A stretch of DNA of 34,258 bases from Gammaproteobacteria bacterium. GTDB lineage: Bacteria; Pseudomonadota; Gammaproteobacteria; S012-40. The notes beneath the pieces were generated by a model. The model saw only the letters and a program-made list of their open reading frames with translations. It ran no database searches and was not told the DNA's origin. Both the position numbers and the translations under genes were made by a program. Shown here piece by piece: positions 27,190 through 34,258 of this stretch; the first letter of the stretch is position 1; each line of letters begins with the position of its first letter. The stretch lies in the NCBI GenBank assembly GCA_029879945.1, contig JAOUPJ010000002.1, positions 1-34,258 of the forward strand, read 5' to 3'.

Positions 27190-30100
27190 CTAACGATATT
27201 GCAAATCCACATTCTCCGCCCCGACCAATCTTTTAATCTGCGTTAAAGCCGACTCGTTTGGTGAGACAGACCACTGGGCGGGCAGACGTAGACTGCCACG
27301 TCCCGTGGAATTTTGATAATCGATAATCACTGGGCACGAGCCCTCCTGGTGTTCCTTCAGAATACCCTGCAAGGAGTGAACAAAACCGTTACCTGCCAGT
27401 TTTTCGTTTGCACGAATGATCAGGCGCTTGGCATACAGATTTCTGGCGGCAGGGATATCAAAAACCTCTTTCACATTGACTCGCATGCCACCGCTGAAAT
27501 CGTCTATACCCACATCGGCGACAAAAACGAAGATCTTGTCCACCTGCACCTGCTCGGCATATTTACTATAAGCATCTGAAAATAATGTAAATTCTTGACG
27601 GGCCGTTTTGTCGTCCACGGTAAGAATGGCCATGGTGTCGCCCCGTTTGGTCTTTCTCGTGCGCACACCCAGAATCAGACCGGCCAACACGGCATTTTGA
27701 TATTTTTCTGTGGGGAGCTTGGCCAGCTTATGCGTGACAAACTGATCTATCTCACTCTGCCAGCGATCCAGGGGGTGCCCGGAGAGATAGAGACCCAGTG
27801 ATTCCTTTTCCAACTCCAGGCGTCGCTGCTCTTGCCATTCATCTTGCTCATTCCAGACCACAGCCTGTTCCGTTGCTTGTTCATCACTAAAACCAAACAG
27901 GTCATTTTGCCCGGTACTGAGCGCCTCTTTGTGTTGCTCGGCAGTCTGCAAGGCGCTACTCAGGGTGGACATAAGCGTGGCCCGATTAGGACCCAGCTTG
28001 TCCATGGCACCGGATTTGATCAGGGTTTCCAGAGCCCGTCGGTTTAGTTTTTTCAGATCGACGCGTTTACAAAAATCGAAAAGTTGCGGGTAGACCCCAT
28101 TGAGCAGGCGCTCGTCTTTGATGGCCAATATGGCAGACTCGCCCACACCCTTGATGGCACCCAAACCGTAATAGATATTCTGGTTTTCCACTGTAAAGGG
28201 GTAATCACAGGAATTCACATCGGGAGGGACAACAGGAAGCCCCATGGTTCGACATTCCTCGATCAAGCCCACCACTTTGTCGGTGTTGTCCAAATCGGCC
28301 GACAGCACGGCCGCCATGAACTCGGCCGGGTAATGGGCCTTGAGCCAGGCGGTTTGGTAGGAGACCAGGGCGTAGGCCGCCGAGTGCGATTTGTTAAAAC
28401 CATAACCGGCAAATTTTTCCATCAAATCAAATATATAGGTAGCCAGCTTTTCATCGATACCGCGCGCCAGAGCCCCCTGAGTGAAGATCTCGCGCTGCTT
28501 GGCCATCTCCTCGGGTTTCTTCTTACCCATGGCTGGGCGCAGCATATCGGCGGCCCCCAGGGTGTAGCCTGCCAATACCTGGGCGATCTGCATGACCTGC
28601 TCCTGGTAGAGGATAACACCGTAGGTGGGTTTGAGTATGGGCTCCAGATCCGGATGGGGATATTCCACCCTGGCGCGGCCATGCTTACGATTGATGAAGT
28701 CGTCCACCATGCCCGATTGCAAGGGACCCGGTCGGAACAGGGCCACCAGGGCGATAATGTCTTCGAAGGAATCGGGTTGCAGCCTGCCGATCAATTCCTT
28801 CATGCCACGAGATTCCAACTGGAACACAGCGGTGGTCTGGCAGGCCTGCAATAACTTGAATGTGTGCGCATCATCGAGCGGAATGCGGGTGATGTCTACC
28901 TGCTCTCCCCGAGACTTGATGATATTTTTCACCGCCCAATCGATGATCGTGAGGGTGCGCAGACCCAGAAAATCGAACTTGACCAGGCCCACTGCCTCCA
29001 CATCGTCCTTATCGAATTGGGTAACGAGCGAGTCTCCATTCTCCTCGCAATACAGCGGCGAAAAATCGGTGAGCGCCGTGGGCCCGATAACCACCCCTCC
29101 CGCATGCTTGCCTGCATTACGGGTGATGCCTTCCAGGGAGCGGGCCAGATCAATCATGGTCTGCACCTCTTCCTCATCGGTGTAGCGCTGGCGCAGGGCC
29201 TCCTCCTGGTCTAGTGCCTTTTCTAGGGTGATCCCGATTTCGAAGGGAATGAGTTTGGCAATTTTATCAACAAAACCATAGGGATGGCCTAGTACCCGGC
29301 CCACATCGCGCACCACCGCCTTGGCCGCCATGGTGCCGTAGGTGATGATCTGGGAAACGCGGTCTCGTCCATAGTGTTGCGAAACGTATTCGATAACGCG
29401 ATCGCGATTTTCCATACAGAAATCGATATCAAAGTCGGGCATGGAGACCCGTTCCGGATTAAGAAAGCGCTCAAACAGCAGATCGTATTCCAGTGGGTCC
29501 AGATCGGTGATGGTCAGGGCGTAGGCCACGAGGGAACCCGCCCCCGAACCCCGTCCCGGCCCCACGGGGATGCCGTGTTCCTTGGCCCAACGAATGAAGT
29601 CGGCAACGATGAGGAAGTAGCCGGGGAAACCCATCTGGATGATCGTATCCAGTTCCCAGTCCAGGCGGGCTATATATTCTTTGCGCTTCTCTGCGTATTT
29701 GGGATCGGCCTTGTCCAACAGAATTTCAAGACGCGCCTCTAGACCTTTGTGAGACTCGGCTCTGAGAAAATCGTCGACGGTCATGCCCTCGGGCACGGGG
29801 AAGTTGGGTAGAAAATTTTCACCCAGGGTCAGTTCCACATTGCAGCGCTTGGCGATCTCGACGGTGTTGGCCAGCGCTTCGGGCAAGTCGGCGAATAACT
29901 CCGCCATCTCTTGCGGGCTACGCAAATACTGTTGATCGGTGTAACGACGGGGTCGTCGTGGGTCGTCCAGGGTGCGGCCATCGTGGATACAAACGCGTGC
30001 CTCATGCACCTCGAAGTCGTCCTGCTGGAGAAACATGACGTCGTTGGTGGCGACCACAGGTAAATCATTTTCCAAGGCCAGAGAAACCGCCAATGCATTG

Positions 30101-30642
30101 TAGTCTTCTTCATTGGGGCGACCGGTACGTTGTAACTCCAGGTAAAAACTATCGGGAAAACGATCCTGCCAGAACGTGAGTAACTGGGAAACCTGAGACG
30201 GGTCAGAATTCAATAGAGCACGGCCCACGTCTCCCTCACGACCACCAGAGAGGGCGATCAGACCTGAAGTCATCTCCTGGGTCAGCCAGTCGTACTGCAT
30301 CACAGCACGGCCATGGCGCTGCCCTTCGGTGTAAGAGCGGGAGACAAGCTCAGCCAAACGCCGGTAACCTTCAGTATGCTTACACAATAAGGTGACGCGA
30401 TGCGGGGCATTCAGATCTTTATCATTTTGCAGGTAGGCATCGACACCGATAATGGGTTTAACGCCGGTGGCTAGGGCAGCTCGGTAGAACTTGACCATGG
30501 CAAAGAGATTGGATTGGTCTGTTAAAGCGACGGCAGGCATCCATGCCTCACGCACGGCACCCATTAAGGGTTTGACCCGTACGATACCGTCGACAAGCGA
30601 AAACTCGGTGTGACACTTTAAATGAACGAACGAAGCATCCAT
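27190..30642 (-). CDS. dnaE: DNA polymerase III alpha subunit
   Basis: 1150 aa with the PHP domain FVHLKCHTEFSLVDG, GFPGYFLIVADFI, PGRGSGAGSLVAY, PDFDIDF, KFDFLGLRTLT, GYGFNKSHSAAYA and a C-terminal OB domain. Confidence 0.98.
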   Translation of the reverse strand: MDASFVHLKCHTEFSLVDGIVRVKPLMGAVREAWMPAVALTDQSNLFAMVKFYRAALATGVKPIIGVDAYLQNDKDLNAPHRVTLLCKHTEGYRRLAELVSRSYTEGQRHGRAVMQYDWLTQEMTSGLIALSGGREGDVGRALLNSDPSQVSQLLTFWQDRFPDSFYLELQRTGRPNEEDYNALAVSLALENDLPVVATNDVMFLQQDDFEVHEARVCIHDGRTLDDPRRPRRYTDQQYLRSPQEMAELFADLPEALANTVEIAKRCNVELTLGENFLPNFPVPEGMTVDDFLRAESHKGLEARLEILLDKADPKYAEKRKEYIARLDWELDTIIQMGFPGYFLIVADFIRWAKEHGIPVGPGRGSGAGSLVAYALTITDLDPLEYDLLFERFLNPERVSMPDFDIDFCMENRDRVIEYVSQHYGRDRVSQIITYGTMAAKAVVRDVGRVLGHPYGFVDKIAKLIPFEIGITLEKALDQEEALRQRYTDEEEVQTMIDLARSLEGITRNAGKHAGGVVIGPTALTDFSPLYCEENGDSLVTQFDKDDVEAVGLVKFDFLGLRTLTIIDWAVKNIIKSRGEQVDITRIPLDDAHTFKLLQACQTTAVFQLESRGMKELIGRLQPDSFEDIIALVALFRPGPLQSGMVDDFINRKHGRARVEYPHPDLEPILKPTYGVILYQEQVMQIAQVLAGYTLGAADMLRPAMGKKKPEEMAKQREIFTQGALARGIDEKLATYIFDLMEKFAGYGFNKSHSAAYALVSYQTAWLKAHYPAEFMAAVLSADLDNTDKVVGLIEECRTMGLPVVPPDVNSCDYPFTVENQNIYYGLGAIKGVGESAILAIKDERLLNGVYPQLFDFCKRVDLKKLNRRALETLIKSGAMDKLGPNRATLMSTLSSALQTAEQHKEALSTGQNDLFGFSDEQATEQAVVWNEQDEWQEQRRLELEKESLGLYLSGHPLDRWQSEIDQFVTHKLAKLPTEKYQNAVLAGLILGVRTRKTKRGDTMAILTVDDKTARQEFTLFSDAYSKYAEQVQVDKIFVFVADVGIDDFSGGMRVNVKEVFDIPAARNLYAKRLIIRANEKLAGNGFVHSLQGILKEHQEGSCPVIIDYQNSTGRGSLRLPAQWSVSPNESALTQIKRLVGAENVDLQYR

Positions 30643-30652
30643 GCCGCGGGGA

Positions 30653-31282
30653 TCAAACTTCCTTAATTGACTGAGACACGTTGTAACCTGTCAGAGCCTG
30701 CTTCACTGGTCTGAATGAACGCCTATGAATTGGTGTTACCCCCAATTTCCCGATGGCCGCTATATGGCTCTTGGTCGGGTAGCCCTTGTGTCTGGCCAAT
30801 CCATACCCCGGGTAGGTCGTATCTAGCACCAACATCTCTCTATCGCGAAATACCTTTGCCACGATTGAGGCGGCAGATATGGCGGCGACTAGGGAGTCCC
30901 CCTTGACGATGCTTCTTGCGCTACAGGGTAACCCATCCGGCACGCGATTACCATCCACCAGGGCCAAATCGGGTTTGATTTTTAGACCGTCCACGGCGCG
31001 CTTCATGGCAAGTAAAGAGGCGTTGAGGATGTTGAGCCTATCGATTTCTTCCACCTCGGCCCGACCCACATTCCAGGCCAGGGCGTTGCGACAAATTTCC
31101 TGGTAGAGTCGGTCGCGTTGTTTCTCTGAAAGCTGTTTAGAATCGGCCAGCCCTTCGATGGGGTGCGTAGGATCTAAGATCACGGCTGCCGCGATCACCG
31201 CTCCGGCCAACGGTCCCCGTCCCACTTCGTCCACGCCAGCCACAAATCGGGCGTGCGTTATATTCCCAATGGTTCTTTGCAT
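30653..31282 (-). CDS. rnhB: Ribonuclease HII
   Basis: [27 protein letters not shown] and GYPT..H motifs. It starts 2 nt after the lpxB stop. Confidence 0.94.
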   Translation of the reverse strand: MQRTIGNITHARFVAGVDEVGRGPLAGAVIAAAVILDPTHPIEGLADSKQLSEKQRDRLYQEICRNALAWNVGRAEVEEIDRLNILNASLLAMKRAVDGLKIKPDLALVDGNRVPDGLPCSARSIVKGDSLVAAISAASIVAKVFRDREMLVLDTTYPGYGLARHKGYPTKSHIAAIGKLGVTPIHRRSFRPVKQALTGYNVSQSIKEV

Positions 31283-31284
31283 TA

Positions 31285-32436
31285 TTACTTCCCAATCAGT
31301 TCCAAAACCGCCGCCGCAGCCCGTTCACTGGCTCCCTGTCGCAATTGTGTATGAATCTGGTAGAAGGTTTCAATGCTCTTTTTTGTTCGATTTTTATCCA
31401 AAAACCAGTATAAAACCGCCTCACCCAGCTTCGCTGGCTGTGCATCATCTTGTAACAACTCAGGAATTTGAGGTTCCTCCGCCAGTAGATTAGCCAGAGA
31501 GACATGTTTTACTTTTGCCAATTTTTTCATCAACCAATAACTGAAGGGCGAGAGTTTGTAGGTGACAACCATGGGTGTCTTGGCCAACAGACCCTCCAGC
31601 GTCGCGGTCCCTGATGCGAGCAGTATGCAGTCGGCGGCTGTCATCACTTCACGAGACTGTCCATCGAGCAACTTTATGGCTAGGCCCTGCCCTTCTGCGA
31701 CGATCGCCGCTTCAATTTGCTCACGTGCTCGGGCGTTCGCGCATGGGATGACAAAGCGGAAATCTTGTCGTTTTTGGACAAGATAGCGGGCGGTTTGTAA
31801 CATAACGGGTGCCAGTCGTTTCACTTCATTGCTACGCGAACCAGGCAACAAGGCGACCCAGGGCTCACCCTCTGCCATACCGAATTTCGCCCTCAGTGTG
31901 GCCTTATCAGGTTCCAGTGGCATCTGATCTGCCAAGGGATGGCCGACAAACTTCGCCTCCAGCCCGAATTGTTTGTAAAAATCGGGTTCGAAGGGAAAGA
32001 GCGTCAACATCAGATTCATGGAGCGGACGATCTTCTTCACCCGGTATTGGCGCCAGGCCCAAACAGAGGGACTGACGTAGTGGACAGTCGGAATCCTGGC
32101 TTCAAACAGGCTGCGCTCCAGACTCAAGGTAAAATCCGGGGCGTCGATTCCGATAAAGACGTCCGGCGGATCTTGAATGAATTGCTGAGCCAGTCTCTTG
32201 CGGATTCCCAACAGCTCCGGTATTCGGCGCAGAACTTCGGGCCCAAAACCCATCACCGCAAGGCGCTCCATGGGATAGAGTTCTTCACATCCCGCGGCTA
32301 TCATTTGAGGGCCAGGGATACCTAGAAAATGACTATCGGGATATTTCTTGCGAATGGCCTGGATCAAGCCTGCACCCAGGATATCCCCGGAGGTCTCACC
32401 ACAGACCATGGCTATTGTGAGTGTATTCTTTCCCAT
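31285..32436 (-). CDS. lpxB: Lipid-A-disaccharide synthase
   Basis: [20 protein letters not shown].., [25 protein letters not shown] and ASGTATLE motifs. Confidence 0.94.
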   Translation of the reverse strand: MGKNTLTIAMVCGETSGDILGAGLIQAIRKKYPDSHFLGIPGPQMIAAGCEELYPMERLAVMGFGPEVLRRIPELLGIRKRLAQQFIQDPPDVFIGIDAPDFTLSLERSLFEARIPTVHYVSPSVWAWRQYRVKKIVRSMNLMLTLFPFEPDFYKQFGLEAKFVGHPLADQMPLEPDKATLRAKFGMAEGEPWVALLPGSRSNEVKRLAPVMLQTARYLVQKRQDFRFVIPCANARAREQIEAAIVAEGQGLAIKLLDGQSREVMTAADCILLASGTATLEGLLAKTPMVVTYKLSPFSYWLMKKLAKVKHVSLANLLAEEPQIPELLQDDAQPAKLGEAVLYWFLDKNRTKKSIETFYQIHTQLRQGASERAAAAVLELIGK

Positions 32437-32449
32437 CCCTCGGAGAGGA

Positions 32450-33220
32450 CTAACGAACGATACCCCGAGTGACCTGCTTAAGGAATTTCACCAACTCGGC
32501 CACTTCATGGGTCTGATTGGCTTGTTCTTCCAGGTCCACCAGGGCCTCTTTCAGTGTCTTTCCAGAACGGTAAAGGGTTTTGTAGGCACGCTTGAGTCCC
32601 ACCAGGGCCTCACTGCTGAACCCACGTCGTTTCAAGCCTTCAGTGTTCAGCCCGTGTGTCTCGGCCATATGACCAGAAACCATAACATAGGGAGGCACAT
32701 CCTTGGAGATCACGCTGTTCATGGCAGTAAAACAATGCGCTCCGATGCGGCAAAACTGGTGAACCAGCGTAAAGCCCCCCAGGATGGCGTAGTCGTCCAC
32801 ATACACATGGCCAGCCAAAGAGGCGCTATTGGCAAATGTGGTGTTATTACCGATGACACAGTCATGCGCAATATGCACGTAGGCCATGATCCAGTTGTTG
32901 TCGCCAATGATAGTGCTGCCGCGGTCTTGCGTGGTTCCCCGATTGATGGTGACAAACTCCCGGATAGTGTTTCCGGAACCTATGACCAGGGTGGTCTCTT
33001 CGTCGGCGTATTTCTTGTCTTGGGGCGCGCCACCGATGGAAGCGAATTGGAAAATGGTGTTATTTTCGCCTAACTGGGTGGGCCCCTGTATCACGACATG
33101 GGGGCCGATCTTGTTTCCGGCGGCGATTTGCACGCCCTTTCCCACGATTGAGTAGGCCCCAATCTCTACGTTTTGATCAATTTCCGCTTTGGGATCGATC
33201 ACAGCGGTAGGATGTATCAC
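32450..33220 (-). CDS. lpxA: UDP-N-acetylglucosamine acyltransferase
   Basis: MIHPTAVIDP.A.I, hexapeptide repeats, a C-terminal helical domain, and GLNTEGLKRRGF. The GTG start overlaps the fabZ stop by 1 nt (TAGTG). Confidence 0.95.
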   Translation of the reverse strand: MIHPTAVIDPKAEIDQNVEIGAYSIVGKGVQIAAGNKIGPHVVIQGPTQLGENNTIFQFASIGGAPQDKKYADEETTLVIGSGNTIREFVTINRGTTQDRGSTIIGDNNWIMAYVHIAHDCVIGNNTTFANSASLAGHVYVDDYAILGGFTLVHQFCRIGAHCFTAMNSVISKDVPPYVMVSGHMAETHGLNTEGLKRRGFSSEALVGLKRAYKTLYRSGKTLKEALVDLEEQANQTHEVAELVKFLKQVTRGIVR

Positions 33221-33675
33221 TATTCCGCGTCCTTTTCAGCGCACATGAGATCTGCGCTCGCTACTACATTACCTGCCACCAGGGCCTGGGCCTTGAACTT
33301 CCAGATTCCCCGGGAATTCTTTACATGCTCTACGAATAATTCTATCTGATCACCCGGTTCTACGGGAGACTTGAAACGGGCATTATCGATGCCCACCAGG
33401 TAAATCAGTTTTTTGCTGTCCGGTGTTCTACCGATTGCCTCAAAGGCCAATAGACCGGTGGCCTGAGCCAGGGCCTCAATGATGAGCACTCCAGGCATGA
33501 CCGGCTTCTGTGGGAAGTGCCCAATAAAATACGGTTCATTAATGGTGACATTCTTGATGGCCTTGAGATAAACCCCAGATTCCATCTCGGTAATTCGATC
33601 TACCAACAGGAATGGATAGCGATGAGGGAGCAGATCCAATATTTCCTTAATTCCACTCGATTCCAAACGAGACAC
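33220..33675 (-). CDS. fabZ: 3-hydroxyacyl-ACP dehydratase
   Basis: [37 protein letters not shown] motifs. 151 aa. Confidence 0.96.
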   Translation of the reverse strand: MSRLESSGIKEILDLLPHRYPFLLVDRITEMESGVYLKAIKNVTINEPYFIGHFPQKPVMPGVLIIEALAQATGLLAFEAIGRTPDSKKLIYLVGIDNARFKSPVEPGDQIELFVEHVKNSRGIWKFKAQALVAGNVVASADLMCAEKDAE

Positions 33676-33678
33676 CTC

Positions 33679-34258
33679 TTAAACCTTTTCCGCTTCAAAA
33701 CTCTTAAGCCGATCTTCCATCTCTTTAAGCTTATTTTCAAGCTTTTCCAGACGTCGGAAACGAGCAACATTTTTTCGCCAAACAGCATTAGGCTCTGCGG
33801 GCATCCCGGAAGAATACACGCCAGGCTCACGGGTACTACGGGTAATCATGGACATGCCTGTAAACATCACATTATCACAGATGGTGATGTGTCCGGTCAT
33901 GGCGGAAGCCCCACCGATGGCCACATTCTTACCCAGTTTGGCACTGCCAGCAATGCCAACCAAGCCGGCGATAGCACAGTGCTCACCCACTTGAACATTA
34001 TGAGCAATATGGACCAGATTATCGATCTTGGTGCCATTGCCTATGAGGGTGTCTTTAATCGCACCTCGATCGATGGCCACATTGGCACCGATTTCCACGT
34101 CGTCTCCCACGATTACCCGACCCAACTGAGGAATCTTGACCCATTTCTCCCCATCTTTGGCATTGCCAAAGCCATCACTCCCAATGACCGAACCGCCATG
34201 GATCAGTACCCTTGATCCGATTTGTACATCGTCATAGATTGTTACGTTTGCAACCAGG
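33679..34258 (-). CDS. lpxD: UDP-3-O-acylglucosamine N-acyltransferase, C-terminal part; the 5' end is beyond the right edge
   Basis: The frame is open from the right edge to the stop at 33679. It has left-handed beta-helix hexapeptide repeats ([15 protein letters not shown].., [18 protein letters not shown]..) and a C-terminal coiled coil, in the position upstream of fabZ. Confidence 0.9.
   Translation of the reverse strand, partial: LVANVTIYDDVQIGSRVLIHGGSVIGSDGFGNAKDGEKWVKIPQLGRVIVGDDVEIGANVAIDRGAIKDTLIGNGTKIDNLVHIAHNVQVGEHCAIAGLVGIAGSAKLGKNVAIGGASAMTGHITICDNVMFTGMSMITRSTREPGVYSSGMPAEPNAVWRKNVARFRRLEKLENKLKEMEDRLKSFEAEKV

Noticed and set aside
27313-29742. Several long plus-strand ORFs (for example 28084..28854 at 256 aa and 28625..29185 at 186 aa) inside dnaE
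   Set aside because: They are antisense shadow ORFs of a strongly conserved 1150-aa DnaE frame. They have low-complexity Gly/Arg/His-rich translations, no RBS and no recognisable motifs.
32348-33073. 241-aa plus-strand ORF spanning the lpxB/lpxA junction
   Set aside because: It lies antisense to two unmistakable genes and crosses their intergenic gap. The translation has no domain features, which is typical of a frame -1 shadow ORF.
33517-34215. 232-aa plus-strand ORF over fabZ/lpxD
   Set aside because: It is antisense to the conserved fabZ and lpxD frames. The hexapeptide-repeat DNA of lpxD readily keeps the opposite strand open.

Overview
The window reads as a core chromosomal segment of a gammaproteobacterium, with no tRNA/rRNA genes, transposases, integrases, CRISPR arrays or recognisable defence genes. 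The right half is the conserved block lpxD-fabZ-lpxA-lpxB-rnhB-dnaE-accA-tilS and pyrG-kdsA-eno, all on the minus strand. The left half carries an ABC1/UbiB-family kinase preceded by a helical protein, a thioredoxin-like protein, a PAS-GGDEF-EAL protein, a Sel1-repeat protein and an MFS transporter. It also carries guaD-mobA-mobB-moeA, a lysine/alanine-rich histone-H1-like protein, a small beta-barrel OMP, a DAHP synthase, a DUF2892-like peptide and a ceramidase-like hydrolase. Two places stand out. (1) About 3.7 kb sits between tilS and pyrG, which I recall as neighbours in Pseudomonas. It encodes an ECF sigma, a membrane ZAS-type anti-sigma, a hyper-acidic secreted protein built from near-identical 66-nt (22-aa, 11-mer periodic) repeats, and a TPR plus beta-barrel outer-membrane protein with Slam/type-XI-like architecture. 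This is my best candidate for an undescribed envelope system. (2) A 1.28-kb ORF-free gap (11646-12930) lies upstream of the histone-like gene. Its first ~450 bp are very AT-rich with roughly helically phased A/T tracts. Its last ~750 bp have normal GC but no credible ORF on either strand, so they could be an ncRNA or a decayed gene. All functional calls come from reading the translated motifs by eye. No database search was possible.
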